Shown here: piece by piece, positions 17,317 to 26,080 of the stretch
Layout: each line of letters begins with the position of its first letter
Numbering within the stretch: position 1 is the stretch's first letter
Virus record (IMG/VR): IMGVR_UViG_3300027858_000002
Origin: a virus
Direction: 5' to 3' (one strand)
DNA: 42,216 nt
Position numbers and translations under genes: made by a program
The notes under the pieces: model-generated
Databases searched by the model: none
The model's input: only the letters and a program-made list of their open reading frames with translations
Told to the model about the DNA's origin: nothing

Positions 17317-17625
17317 GTTCAAAGTTACAAGAATATAACCGAAGTTACGGTTTCATTCACTCGTCCAAACCTCTCAACCCTTACTCTCCCAACGGTTATA
17401 GAACAAAAGTTACAAAAACACACTTTTTTCTCTAATTTCAAGAGCTATATATTAACAAACCAAACATCTAGATGTTTCAATCAAAGGAATTGAGTATAGT
17501 ATGGATTAGTATATATTTATGTAACTTTGTAACCTTATAGAGATTTACCTAGAGAGAGTAAGAGTACAGTGGTTACATTTTGGTTACAAAAAGAGCAAAG
17601 GTTACATTTTTTGCCGTAACTTTCA
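17317..17625. repeat. Iteron cluster / putative replication origin
   Basis: Nine GTTAC/GTAAC cores are present. Longer units repeat too: AAAGTTACAA twice (17321, 17406) and GGTTACATTTT twice (17571, 17600). A 16-bp perfect palindrome AAACATCTAGATGTTT sits at 17462-17477. The region is noncoding and AT-rich. Confidence 0.55.
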
Positions 17626-17682
17626 CTCTTTTTGACCTCCCAACATCTCCGACTTACAATAATCTGACTATTCCGTATTCTC

Positions 17683-19485
17683 TTAATCAACGAAAACACG
17701 AGCAGTCTTTTTGTTGATTTTCTTGACCCCCACTACTAATTTATAAACATCGTAGATCGACTGAACAAACAATTTCCGACTCTGAACATTCAATCCATTC
17801 TCTAAAGCCCAAATTTCATACTCGTCATATGCTTCAGGACTTCTGCGACCTATGAAACTAGCTTTATCAAAATCTTGTAGATACTGCAGCACACTGTTAT
17901 TATCCTCATGATAGTCAGTATTGAACTTGTTCACCAGTTCGCAATTCGTGAAACGTTCGTTTGTGTACAATCTCATATATCCATCAACCATTAACTTCAA
18001 CCAATATTCCAGCGCATCAGGAGTGGTTAGTTTTGTTATAAACTTTCCATCCTTCTTTGTTGGCTTGGTGTACATCGGCAACCAATCGACCCTACGTCTG
18101 TACGACTCACCTTTTTCAAACGATTTTAGTATGTGGTTACTTGTGAATATTAAAGTAGTAGTCAATTCAACTTCTCTTGACTGTTTAAACAACTCTCTCG
18201 TTGATACAAAGTCACATGTACTAATGTTCTTCAAATGCTTCATCTGTTCATGGTTGATCGCTTCGTCTTGAATATCGTCACCAAGATTGACCAATTTCCC
18301 CTGCATCGTTGTGAAATATCGTTCATCACTCATGTTACTGATACTCAACCCTGTACAATTCTTTTGATTCAAAATCTTACGAATGATCGCCAACAATGTT
18401 CCTTTACCGTTACCACCATCGCCAACGAATATAAAGAATTTACCCATCATTCGTTTAAACTCTTTGTTCACAATCAACGGGTGGGCCAATATTTCAAGCA
18501 AACGATCCCTGTACTGTTTATCGTTGTTTGTCAGAAGATTAATATACTCGTCCACTTCTGCCACTGGTTCAGCATCGGGATAGTAAGCAATGTCGATGTT
18601 AAAAGGTGTGAAATCTTGGTAGTCAATTTCAATAAATCTACCTTCACGTAATATCCCGTTTTGAAACTTAATATCAAAAGGCTTAGTATCATCCACCAAT
18701 GGTGCGCGATATTGTAGCTGCTTGACAACTTCGTCAACGTATCTTGTTTTCTGTGCGCCAACTTCACTGAATACCAAACGTCTTAATTTACTTTCATCGA
18801 GAATAAACTCACCGTTTTGATGGAAGTAGATATTTCCCAGGTAGTTCACGATTTTGTATTTCGTCATCATGAAATCAGCCACTTCAGGTTCATCGTCTTT
18901 CCCTGCTTTTATTTTCACATCCCTACTGATTGTTTGAAATTCTTCTTCAGATAAAGGTGTAGCAAATATTTCATTGTTTATAAACCGTAGAATACTGGAC
19001 CAATTCTTGATCGCGTGTATATTCATGCGATGTGTAAACAATTTACTATTTCGGCCATCCCCTTCATCTAATCCAAGTAACGATTCCAATTTCTTTCGAG
19101 AGAATAAAAAGTCAGGTAAATCTTCACGTATTCCCTCGTTTTCGATTTTGCGTAATACGCCACCGCGTTTGATGGTAATGTGTTTCGTGTTTGCCATGTG
19201 TTTATATTCAACTTCAAACCCTAAAGCACAGACCTTTTTAGCACCTCTGAAGCCAACAGGTTTTTTAAACCAAAGATGCGCGCCCCTTGTAGTCCATGTG
19301 ACTTGTGTCTTGATGTTGAATAGTGAAATCAGTTTCTCAATCTTTGATTTCTCAAGATTATCTATATCTACGATTAAATCATTATCGTTTAAAATCCACC
19401 CTGCATCTTCAAACGCTTCATGTGAATCAGCTACATCGGCATATTGCGCAGCATGTTTTTCGGTTGGTTTAAATTCTATATACAT
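17683..19485 (-). CDS. Bifunctional primase-polymerase (AEP) / SF3 (P4/D5-type) helicase
   Basis: 600 aa with LIVDIDN and TTRGAHLWFK (prim-pol motifs) and Walker A FVGDGGNGKGT. Confidence 0.92.
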   Translation of the reverse strand: MYIEFKPTEKHAAQYADVADSHEAFEDAGWILNDNDLIVDIDNLEKSKIEKLISLFNIKTQVTWTTRGAHLWFKKPVGFRGAKKVCALGFEVEYKHMANTKHITIKRGGVLRKIENEGIREDLPDFLFSRKKLESLLGLDEGDGRNSKLFTHRMNIHAIKNWSSILRFINNEIFATPLSEEEFQTISRDVKIKAGKDDEPEVADFMMTKYKIVNYLGNIYFHQNGEFILDESKLRRLVFSEVGAQKTRYVDEVVKQLQYRAPLVDDTKPFDIKFQNGILREGRFIEIDYQDFTPFNIDIAYYPDAEPVAEVDEYINLLTNNDKQYRDRLLEILAHPLIVNKEFKRMMGKFFIFVGDGGNGKGTLLAIIRKILNQKNCTGLSISNMSDERYFTTMQGKLVNLGDDIQDEAINHEQMKHLKNISTCDFVSTRELFKQSREVELTTTLIFTSNHILKSFEKGESYRRRVDWLPMYTKPTKKDGKFITKLTTPDALEYWLKLMVDGYMRLYTNERFTNCELVNKFNTDYHEDNNSVLQYLQDFDKASFIGRRSPEAYDEYEIWALENGLNVQSRKLFVQSIYDVYKLVVGVKKINKKTARVFVD

Positions 19486-19489
19486 GTAA

Positions 19490-21151
19490 TCACATCCATC
19501 TTTCTAGTTTCTTAGTGATTATTTGGTAGTAATGGTTTAAGTCCAACATCTTTTCAAACCCTTCAATGTCGGAACACTCACCATTCCACAAATACATCTG
19601 CATTGGAGCATCTGCAAAACGAACCATTCCGCCATCTTGACGTTTCTTGAATAAACAAAACTCGCTATTCTTAGCAGCAAATACACGATTTACTTTTGCG
19701 TGTTTTACGTCTTGGTTATCATAAGTTCCTTGATACGTTCCCCCAGCTTGTAGAATGTACTGGAATAGATGTGGGCGGTCTAAATGTTCCATTAATGTTT
19801 CGATGATGTCTTTTCCGTTAACTAACTTATTGACCAAAGCAATGTCTATGATCCTAGCATTATTGTTTTTGAATAAAGCATCAGCATGAAAACGTGTAAC
19901 ATCCCCACCCTTACACTTGATGTCATCACCTTTTTTAGCAATATAGTTGTTTACGTCCTTTTGGATAAGTAAATCAAAGTCATCTTCTTCAAGCGTCAGA
20001 TTGAATTCTTTCTCCCAATCTTTCCAAACGGTCTTGTAATCGTCACTATATGGGATAAAAGCAACCCCATCTGTATTGATGTTGATTATGTTTGCAAATG
20101 GTGAAAGCCGTCTGCATAAATCGTATAAAGCTATTTGACCATACACACAAACCGATAAAGCAGCTTTAGGATTATTGAGTAATGAATACTGATTTTTCAA
20201 GTTTCCGTATACGCTGTTTAAAACCAATTTCAAGGCATCTGACAAGGTTTTATCTGTATGCTTAACTTCTATACGTTTGTCGATAATATCTTTGTATTTC
20301 GAGGTCGCAGGACCAAGAGCATCAATGTTCAAGATAATATTCGGGTACATACTCGCCACATCTAGCAGTTTCACATTTTCAGCACGTTTAATGCGATTAT
20401 GAACCCCATGAAGTCCACCAAAACCAAATTCAATTTCACAATCAAATTCCTTTATCGTCACACTTCCTTTGTCTTTCGTCAGCCATAAATCAACAACTTC
20501 AGGTGGTACAATGTCCATCATTTCTTCAGGTACGCGAATGTTTGACCATTTTGTCAATGGCTTGTCCAAGAGTACATTTGCAGAAAGTGTTGTTGTGTTC
20601 CAACGTCTGCCGCGATCATCTCCAAGCATCTCAAGTAGTGATTCTTTTGGGGCAAAGTATGATTTAATGCGCTGCTTATAAACTTCCACCAACATGTCAA
20701 CATCGTACTTACAGTATTCCAGGACATCTGTAAACTCTTCGTCAGTCAATGGGCGGTCAATATCGAATGAAACACTGGATTCTAGAATCATTTTCCCCAT
20801 GTTACCTTCAATTTTCTTTAGGCTTGGAAACCCTACGTCTATTTGTTGGAAACAATCGAGCGATTTGAAACGATAATTCTTTATCTTAGGCCGTTCCCCA
20901 CCGATGATACGGTCATTTAACGCCTTTAACTGTGTTGGAGTGCGTAAATCAAGCATTGCATGAAGGATATGGTCATCGTAGAAATAACCGTTATATGAAA
21001 CGAGTGTCTTACCGTCAATAAACTTTTCAAGTCCTACAAAGTTATTGTGAAATACTCGTAACAATTTCTTATTAATGTCCTTAAACACTACAAACGCATT
21101 GTGTGAAAAAACTTCTATGTCAAAAAACACTGTATTCTCCAATAAATTCAC
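19490..21151 (-). CDS. Family B DNA polymerase with 3'-5' exonuclease domain (compact, about 550 aa)
   Basis: Exo motifs FFDIEVF, YNGYFYDDHIL, YCKYDVDML. Pol motifs LDVASMYPNI (A), LVLNSVYGNL (B), INTDGVAF (C). The likely start is TTG 21142, 6 nt after GAGGTG. Confidence 0.92.
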   Translation of the reverse strand: MNLLENTVFFDIEVFSHNAFVVFKDINKKLLRVFHNNFVGLEKFIDGKTLVSYNGYFYDDHILHAMLDLRTPTQLKALNDRIIGGERPKIKNYRFKSLDCFQQIDVGFPSLKKIEGNMGKMILESSVSFDIDRPLTDEEFTDVLEYCKYDVDMLVEVYKQRIKSYFAPKESLLEMLGDDRGRRWNTTTLSANVLLDKPLTKWSNIRVPEEMMDIVPPEVVDLWLTKDKGSVTIKEFDCEIEFGFGGLHGVHNRIKRAENVKLLDVASMYPNIILNIDALGPATSKYKDIIDKRIEVKHTDKTLSDALKLVLNSVYGNLKNQYSLLNNPKAALSVCVYGQIALYDLCRRLSPFANIININTDGVAFIPYSDDYKTVWKDWEKEFNLTLEEDDFDLLIQKDVNNYIAKKGDDIKCKGGDVTRFHADALFKNNNARIIDIALVNKLVNGKDIIETLMEHLDRPHLFQYILQAGGTYQGTYDNQDVKHAKVNRVFAAKNSEFCLFKKRQDGGMVRFADAPMQMYLWNGECSDIEGFEKMLDLNHYYQIITKKLERWM

Positions 21152-21163
21152 CTCTTTTTAGTT

Positions 21164-21189
21164 ATAAAAAAGACGGGTTTTACCCCGTC
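21164..21189 (-). terminator. Intrinsic terminator/attenuator between the 208-aa gene and the polymerase gene
   Basis: Minus RNA GACGGG-GUAAAA-CCCGUC followed by UUUUUUAU. Confidence 0.7.
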
Positions 21190-21200
21190 CGATGTGTTGC

Positions 21201-21827
21201 TTATTTCTTTTTCTTAGGGAATGGTTTGATTTCAACGTAAGGGAATTTACTGAACGCCACTTTCACTTCACACATGATTTTCTTGCCTTGTAACTCTTGT
21301 AAGTTATCAACTGAGATACCGAACTTGTCCTCGAATTTCTCAAACTGTTTCTTCTTCTTGATAGGATTCACGAACCACTCTTTGCGTGATTCCATGTAAT
21401 CCGCATAACTCATTTTTGATTCGTATGTCTTGCCCTCAAAGTCAAAGCTGATGCGAATTGCTTTTCCGTCATCTTCGATTTCCAGCACTTCAGTTTCAAA
21501 GATTTGACCTTCTTCGTCTTTAGTGAATTTCTCGACCATCTTCACTTCAAACAATGAATTGAATTTGTCATAAGCGTAGATGTCTTTACGTTCGCCAATC
21601 GCTTCAGCTAAACGGTCAAATGTTAGGCCAAAGATTTCTTGACACCATTCTTCAACCTTTGCAGCCTTTTCAGGATCGTTTACGAATTTCTTAGTGTCCT
21701 GGTTATAACCTTGCTTGTTAAAGTTAATCTCACGAATTTCCCCACGTTCAGCGTCCAAGAACGTCAATACTGCTTTGCTATCTTCAAAAACCACGTCTAC
21801 TAGTTCTAATTGAGTTAATAATTCCAT
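21201..21827 (-). CDS. Hypothetical protein. Its position after DUF1351 suggests a ssDNA-binding or annealing role.
   Basis: 208-aa acidic ORF with a C-terminal KKKK tail. The functional guess rests on synteny only. Confidence 0.75.
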   Translation of the reverse strand: MELLTQLELVDVVFEDSKAVLTFLDAERGEIREINFNKQGYNQDTKKFVNDPEKAAKVEEWCQEIFGLTFDRLAEAIGERKDIYAYDKFNSLFEVKMVEKFTKDEEGQIFETEVLEIEDDGKAIRISFDFEGKTYESKMSYADYMESRKEWFVNPIKKKKQFEKFEDKFGISVDNLQELQGKKIMCEVKVAFSKFPYVEIKPFPKKKK

Positions 21828-21828
21828 T

Positions 21829-22599
21829 TTAATTTCCCACTCTCTTTGATTTGTATTTGATGTTGTTATTCTGCATAAACATTTCTACTAGTTTGAAGTC
21901 CTTCTCATCTGTGATTTGAATCACATATTCACTAGGTAACTGATTCTTAATCACCTTTGAAGCCACAATAGTGTTCTTGATAGCTTCACGATCATTTACA
22001 ATATTAATAGCTGTTGTTAAATCTTTTGTATCGTAATATTCAGCAAGAACTGAATCACTGTTTGTAAGTGAACCGATAACCTTTAAATCGTTGTCAATCT
22101 TCTCTAACCAATCGACCATCTCTTTTTCTACTGACTTAATAGAAGTAGATTTATTCAGATGATTAGGTTTAATAAACTTCTCAAACGTAAATACTTCACC
22201 AAAGATGTAGTGACCAATCCGTTTTCCAAAGATTTCAGCAACCTGGTCACGCTTCGCATCCCGTTCACGCTCTTCAAGCGTTCGCACTTGGTCACGGACT
22301 AGGTTGTCTGCATCTTTTACAATGGTTACGATCTCTTTCACTTGTGATTCAAAAGTGTTGTATGGTTCAAGCATTTCCTTTTTAATGGAGATACGTTTTG
22401 CTTCTAATTCTTTGATTTTAGTGTTAACTGCTGCTAACATCTTCTTAGAGAACTGGATAGTTTCTTCTGTTACTTCAACTTGTCCAATGTTTTCTGCTAG
22501 TTGTAAAGCCTGTGACTTGAGTCGGTCAAACTCTGTGAATTCAATGAGTCCAGGCTTTACGATTATCTGTTGTAGATTAAATGCTAATTCGTTTGTCAT
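21829..22599 (-). CDS. DUF1351-family phage protein
   Basis: ATG at 22599 lies after GAAGGTG and forms an ATGA overlap with the upstream stop. It starts MTNELAFNLQQIIVKPG. The listed 5' extension has no SD. Confidence 0.82.
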   Translation of the reverse strand: MTNELAFNLQQIIVKPGLIEFTEFDRLKSQALQLAENIGQVEVTEETIQFSKKMLAAVNTKIKELEAKRISIKKEMLEPYNTFESQVKEIVTIVKDADNLVRDQVRTLEERERDAKRDQVAEIFGKRIGHYIFGEVFTFEKFIKPNHLNKSTSIKSVEKEMVDWLEKIDNDLKVIGSLTNSDSVLAEYYDTKDLTTAINIVNDREAIKNTIVASKVIKNQLPSEYVIQITDEKDFKLVEMFMQNNNIKYKSKRVGN

Positions 22600-22826
22600 G
22601 TGTTCACACCTTCTATCTTTATCCCTAATAGATTGAGAGTCATTTCTACAGATTGCCAACCTTGTCTATGTTGTCCACCATGTATACCAGCACCCTCTAA
22701 ACCTTCCTCACGATCTACCAATGATTTATGATATTCTTTGACCTTTTCTTCAGGTTCACTCATTCGCTCACCCTTCTTCGCCCATGCTACATATTCAGGC
22801 GTTGTCACTGTATATGATACTGTCAT
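22596..22826 (-). CDS. Hypothetical protein
   Basis: 76-aa ORF with CAGGAGAG 6 nt upstream. Confidence 0.62.
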   Translation of the reverse strand: MTVSYTVTTPEYVAWAKKGERMSEPEEKVKEYHKSLVDREEGLEGAGIHGGQHRQGWQSVEMTLNLLGIKIEGVNT

Positions 22827-22841
22827 TAATAACTCTCCTGT

Positions 22842-23030
22842 CTACCATTCATATTTATATAACTTGTAATCATCAGTTACAGCTTTATAAAAATCAGCAC
22901 TATCTTCTCCACCAAATTTATCGTTTAAGACCTTCACGATAATTCCTGCATAATACTCGTTTACATTTTCACAAATTAATCGGTCATCGTATATTTCCCT
23001 GTCAAAATTATCGCAGTTGATAATTTTCAT
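22842..23030 (-). CDS. Hypothetical protein
   Basis: ATG at 23030 follows GGAGGTGA and gives MKIINCDNF.... Confidence 0.62.
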   Translation of the reverse strand: MKIINCDNFDREIYDDRLICENVNEYYAGIIVKVLNDKFGGEDSADFYKAVTDDYKLYKYEW

Positions 23031-23044
23031 CCTCTCACCTCCCT

Positions 23045-23653
23045 TCAATAGAACCTATGACTCTTGTGCAGCTCAATAAATTCCGATTCCCTACCCTTAC
23101 GATGCGTATAATAAAACGCCCTCGCATCTTGTGTACTTAGATGGCGTTTACCTCCGAGATACGGATTGTAACCGCCTTTCACTTGATTAATAGCTTGTTC
23201 AAGTTTGTAGGTATCATGGTTACTCTCCAAAAACAGGTAATCATACTTCTTCTTAGGTGCGTTTATTAAACTGGAAGTATCTGTTACATAGATGATTTCA
23301 TTATCTTCAAACTTCCAAACGAAACCATACGTCACTACGTCATGGATACATTCAAATGCAAGGAAAGAATAATCATCTGTTTCGACTGGAAAACCTGCAT
23401 TTACAATAATATCTACGCCCACTGTCATATGAACTTCATAATTTCCAATTATCTTAATTCTTGGAAATAACGATTTGATGTTTTTTAACGTTGCTGGTTT
23501 AATATGATCCCCGTGAATGTGAGTGAGTAGTAAATACTTTATATCGTATAAATGTTCCTTAATCTTTCCGAAAGGTACACCGACGTCAATCATTACGTCA
23601 TTGATAATTACACAATTCCCTTTGCTACCTGATGAAATAATTTCATACTTCAT
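23045..23653 (-). CDS. Metallo-beta-lactamase-fold hydrolase
   Basis: 202 aa with the LLLTHIHGDH motif (HxHxDH). Confidence 0.9.
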   Translation of the reverse strand: MKYEIISSGSKGNCVIINDVMIDVGVPFGKIKEHLYDIKYLLLTHIHGDHIKPATLKNIKSLFPRIKIIGNYEVHMTVGVDIIVNAGFPVETDDYSFLAFECIHDVVTYGFVWKFEDNEIIYVTDTSSLINAPKKKYDYLFLESNHDTYKLEQAINQVKGGYNPYLGGKRHLSTQDARAFYYTHRKGRESEFIELHKSHRFY

Positions 23654-23829
23654 TTGTTAACCCCTTCTTCATATTTTTTCAAGAAGTGGCGATCTTGATG
23701 CTCCTTGACTTTATCTTTATTGTTTTTACGCCAATTACGATTGTATTCGTTAACCTTTTCTTTGTTATCTTTACGCCATTGCTTCAAGTACTGGTTCTTC
23801 GCTAACTTGATTTTCTCAGCTGCATCCAT
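23650..23829 (-). CDS. Small basic protein with WRK-x-N-K-[DE]-K repeats, below the ORF-track cutoff
   Basis: ATG at 23829 lies 8 nt after GAGAGGAG. Sequence: MDAAEKIKLAKNQYLKQWRKDNKEKVNEYNRNWRKNNKDKVKEHQDRHFLKKYEEGVNK. ATGA overlap with the next gene. Confidence 0.6.
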   Translation of the reverse strand: MDAAEKIKLAKNQYLKQWRKDNKEKVNEYNRNWRKNNKDKVKEHQDRHFLKKYEEGVNK

Positions 23830-23861
23830 GTTTTCAACTCCTCTCGTAATCTCTTATTCTT

Positions 23862-23890
23862 ATTATAATCTATTTAAAATCAATTTACAA
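23862..23890 (-). promoter_or_regulatory. SigmaA-type promoter of the replication operon (TTGTAA-17-TATAAT), with box copy d in the spacer
   Basis: -10 at 23862-23867, -35 at 23885-23890. The spacer contains ATTGATTTTAAAT, one mismatch from operator O2. Confidence 0.6.
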
Positions 23891-24040
23891 GTAATATGTT
23901 GATTATAAATAGACTATAATAGAATGATGGGATTCAAACTTTTAACGCATTGTATAAATCCCCCTCGAATGTGATAAACTTGTCTTACAAATGTTTTACT
24001 GTGATACCTGCTTAGGTTGTGGAATAGCCTAGGTGGGTTT

Positions 24041-24319
24041 TTATTCGTGTTCATCAACTTTGCGTTGCAATATTTCATTAACCTCTTCCAACTCTTTGTT
24101 TTGACTTTCTAAATCTTCGACACGATCTTTTAATGCTTGCAAATCATCTGAATCAACTAACTCTTCGCCTTTTACATTCAGTTTGAAATGAAGATACTGA
24201 CGTTTGTAACCTGCGTGTGTTAATTCAAAATCACTTACCTCATCGTCACCAATTTCAAAATTAACTTCCATATCCATATCGAACTCAAGTAATTCTCTAA
24301 TCAAATCTCTAACGTCCAT
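24041..24319 (-). CDS. Highly acidic hypothetical protein
   Basis: 92-aa ORF very rich in D/E, with a helical C-terminus. Confidence 0.75.
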   Translation of the reverse strand: MDVRDLIRELLEFDMDMEVNFEIGDDEVSDFELTHAGYKRQYLHFKLNVKGEELVDSDDLQALKDRVEDLESQNKELEEVNEILQRKVDEHE

Positions 24320-24345
24320 CTTTCCATTCCCCCTATTAATCTTTT

Positions 24346-24564
24346 TTAATATTTCGGTTCACCGAATACTGCATTTCCGTATCGCTTATAACGGTAATAA
24401 TGATTTTGGCAATATCCCAATCCTTGCGCTGATTTCCCGCACCCTTCGACTGAACACGTATGCCCTGTGGAAGTTGATTTCCTGTGTTCCCTACGATAAT
24501 GCATGTGACACATTCCTTTTGCGATAAATGGTTTGTGACAACCTTCAATTGTACATGGTTTCAT
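24346..24564 (-). CDS. Zinc-binding repeat protein (two C-x3-GC...C-x2-HY-x-R units)
   Basis: 72 aa with CTIEGCHKPFIAKGMCHMHYRR and CSVEGCGKSAQGLGYCQNHYYR. Confidence 0.75.
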   Translation of the reverse strand: MKPCTIEGCHKPFIAKGMCHMHYRREHRKSTSTGHTCSVEGCGKSAQGLGYCQNHYYRYKRYGNAVFGEPKY

Positions 24565-24568
24565 AACC

Positions 24569-24730
24569 TCATACCTTTCCTTTTAATAATTCTAGTATTT
24601 CATCAATGTCCGACTCTTCAACTTCAAAAGTTTTTGCTCGTTGACAGATGACTTTAATTTCTTGCATGGTTTTTATACATTCGTGCAAAATTTCATAGGT
24701 AGATTTATTAGGTTTATATTCTTCTTCCAC
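24569..24730 (-). CDS. Hypothetical micro-protein (53 aa), below the ORF-track cutoff
   Basis: GTG at 24730 lies 7 nt after AGGAGG. Sequence starts VEEEYKPNKSTYEILHECIK.... Confidence 0.5.
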   Translation of the reverse strand: MEEEYKPNKSTYEILHECIKTMQEIKVICQRAKTFEVEESDIDEILELLKGKV

Positions 24731-24732
24731 AA

Positions 24733-24891
24733 TTAATCCTCCTTCCGAAACTCCTGCGCTTTCAATACTTCAACTAAATAACGTTCCATATTAATCACAT
24801 GTATATATTCTTCATCAAGACTCACATAATACGTTTCTCCATAATCAATGCTTGTACCAAACATATCTCGTTTTGGACAATCTTCATTCAT
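24733..24891 (-). CDS. Hypothetical micro-protein (52 aa), below the ORF-track cutoff
   Basis: ATG at 24891 follows GAGGGGTGAAAGGAT. Sequence starts MNEDCPKRDMFGTSIDYGETYYV.... Confidence 0.5.
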   Translation of the reverse strand: MNEDCPKRDMFGTSIDYGETYYVSLDEEYIHVINMERYLVEVLKAQEFRKED

Positions 24892-25028
24892 ATCCTTTCA
24901 CCCCTCTCTGTCCAATCAACTCCTTCTTCAACTCCTCAATCAAGTTAAATCCAATCCCTCTTAAATCGCGTGTTCTGTGGATGGATTTCGATACGTAACG
25001 GAAACTTTTACTATCTGCCCGGGTGTTC

Positions 25029-25235
25029 TTATTCGTTTTCTTCATCGTCATCCTCCAATTTAATTACAACCAATCCGTTGCCATCATTTTTTATGCGATT
25101 CCGATAAGTAGGTGAAGCAAAGAATTGAGTGTTTTTGGCTTTCTTCCATCCCATGAACGTGGCACATTCGATAGCAGTACCGAGTGTTAAGAACTCCTCT
25201 CCGCGATAAACGGCATATTCACATTGTTTTCTCAT
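25029..25235 (-). CDS. Hypothetical protein
   Basis: ATG at 25235 forms an ATGA overlap with the upstream micro-ORF. The listed TTG start at 25244 is an alternative. Confidence 0.7.
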   Translation of the reverse strand: MRKQCEYAVYRGEEFLTLGTAIECATFMGWKKAKNTQFFASPTYRNRIKNDGNGLVVIKLEDDDEENE

Positions 25236-25402
25236 GACTGGCAAGCGTGCACAAACGAAATGTACTCCACCTTGTAAACATTCGCACTACTCCCAAACAC
25301 CTTACGAAACAATTCCCTCGCAGCCTCTTCATTATTTGATGTGGTGACGATCATGTAATAGTCACCGTTTAATTCTGTGATTTTGAATAGATGACCTGGC
25401 AT
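25232..25402 (-). CDS. Hypothetical micro-protein (56 aa), below the ORF-track cutoff
   Basis: Hand translation: MPGHLFKITELNGDYYMIVTTSNNEEAARELFRKVFGSSANVYKVEYISFVHACQS. It fills the gap between two listed ORFs. Confidence 0.55.
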   Translation of the reverse strand: MPGHLFKITELNGDYYMIVTTSNNEEAARELFRKVFGSSANVYKVEYISFVHACQS

Positions 25403-25404
25403 GG

Positions 25405-25626
25405 TTATTCAGTCCCTTCTGACTGCAATTTCAAACATTCGTATAAGTCGAGGTGAACTATGCCTTTTCTGATAACTTTTGATTCAAATTCAAAACGCTT
25501 TTGAAAAGCCGTTATACCCTGTCTTCCTTGAGTGAAATAAATGTGGCATAAAGAACCATCTTCATGAAAATTAATTGCTGCTACTGGATAATACTCACCT
25601 TCGTATAAAAATTTTGGTTGCTTCAT
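25405..25626 (-). CDS. Hypothetical protein
   Basis: 73-aa ORF with AAGGAGGG upstream. Confidence 0.75.
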   Translation of the reverse strand: MKQPKFLYEGEYYPVAAINFHEDGSLCHIYFTQGRQGITAFQKRFEFESKVIRKGIVHLDLYECLKLQSEGTE

Positions 25627-25657
25627 TTTTTACCCTCCTTTTTGAACGAACTGTCGG

Positions 25658-25927
25658 TTAATCTGTCGCTTGTTTTAATCTTGTAACCACCATTTGAACC
25701 TGTCCGATGTCACTTGCAGAAAGGTATTTGATAGCAAATATAATCGCTTCACTTAATTCTTTTATACGTTCATCTTTTTCGTATAATTGAATCCCTCTTT
25801 CTCGATAAGCGTTATAGTCTTTCGATGTTTGACGTTGCCCTGTTTCCCACTCCAACAATTCCTCTTTCAACCTTTTCACTTCGTCAAACAAATCAACATT
25901 TATTTCTTCTTGGCTCATTTTTCCCAT
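25658..25927 (-). CDS. Hypothetical helical protein
   Basis: 89-aa ORF with GAAGGAG upstream. Confidence 0.75.
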   Translation of the reverse strand: MGKMSQEEINVDLFDEVKRLKEELLEWETGQRQTSKDYNAYRERGIQLYEKDERIKELSEAIIFAIKYLSASDIGQVQMVVTRLKQATD

Positions 25928-25963
25928 CTAAAACACTCCTTCGCTTTTTAAGTCAACTGTGAA

Positions 25964-26080
25964 TCAACCCTCACTCAAATCTTCCACAACACTATTCCCA
26001 ACCCCAAACTTACGATCAAAATAACTGACAGTTACATACGTGACGATAACGACATATGCGATTACTAATGTGGTTGTCAT
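25964..26080 (-). CDS. Putative 38-aa membrane micro-protein
   Basis: ATG at 26080 lies 8 nt after GAAAGGTG. Sequence: MTTTLVIAYVVIVTYVTVSYFDRKFGVGNSVVEDLSEG. Confidence 0.45.
   Translation of the reverse strand: MTTTLVIAYVVIVTYVTVSYFDRKFGVGNSVVEDLSEG

Noticed and set aside
23899-23920. Plus-strand promoter reading of TTGATTATAAATAGACTATAAT
   Set aside because: TTGATT and TATAAT are only 10 nt apart, and no usable -35 lies 16-18 nt upstream. It is interpreted as an inverted copy of the regulatory box rather than a promoter.
24336-24548. 70-aa ORF overlapping 24346..24564 in another frame
   Set aside because: The alternative frame (24346..24564) encodes a regular double Cys/His repeat and has a plausible SD. 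This ORF has neither.
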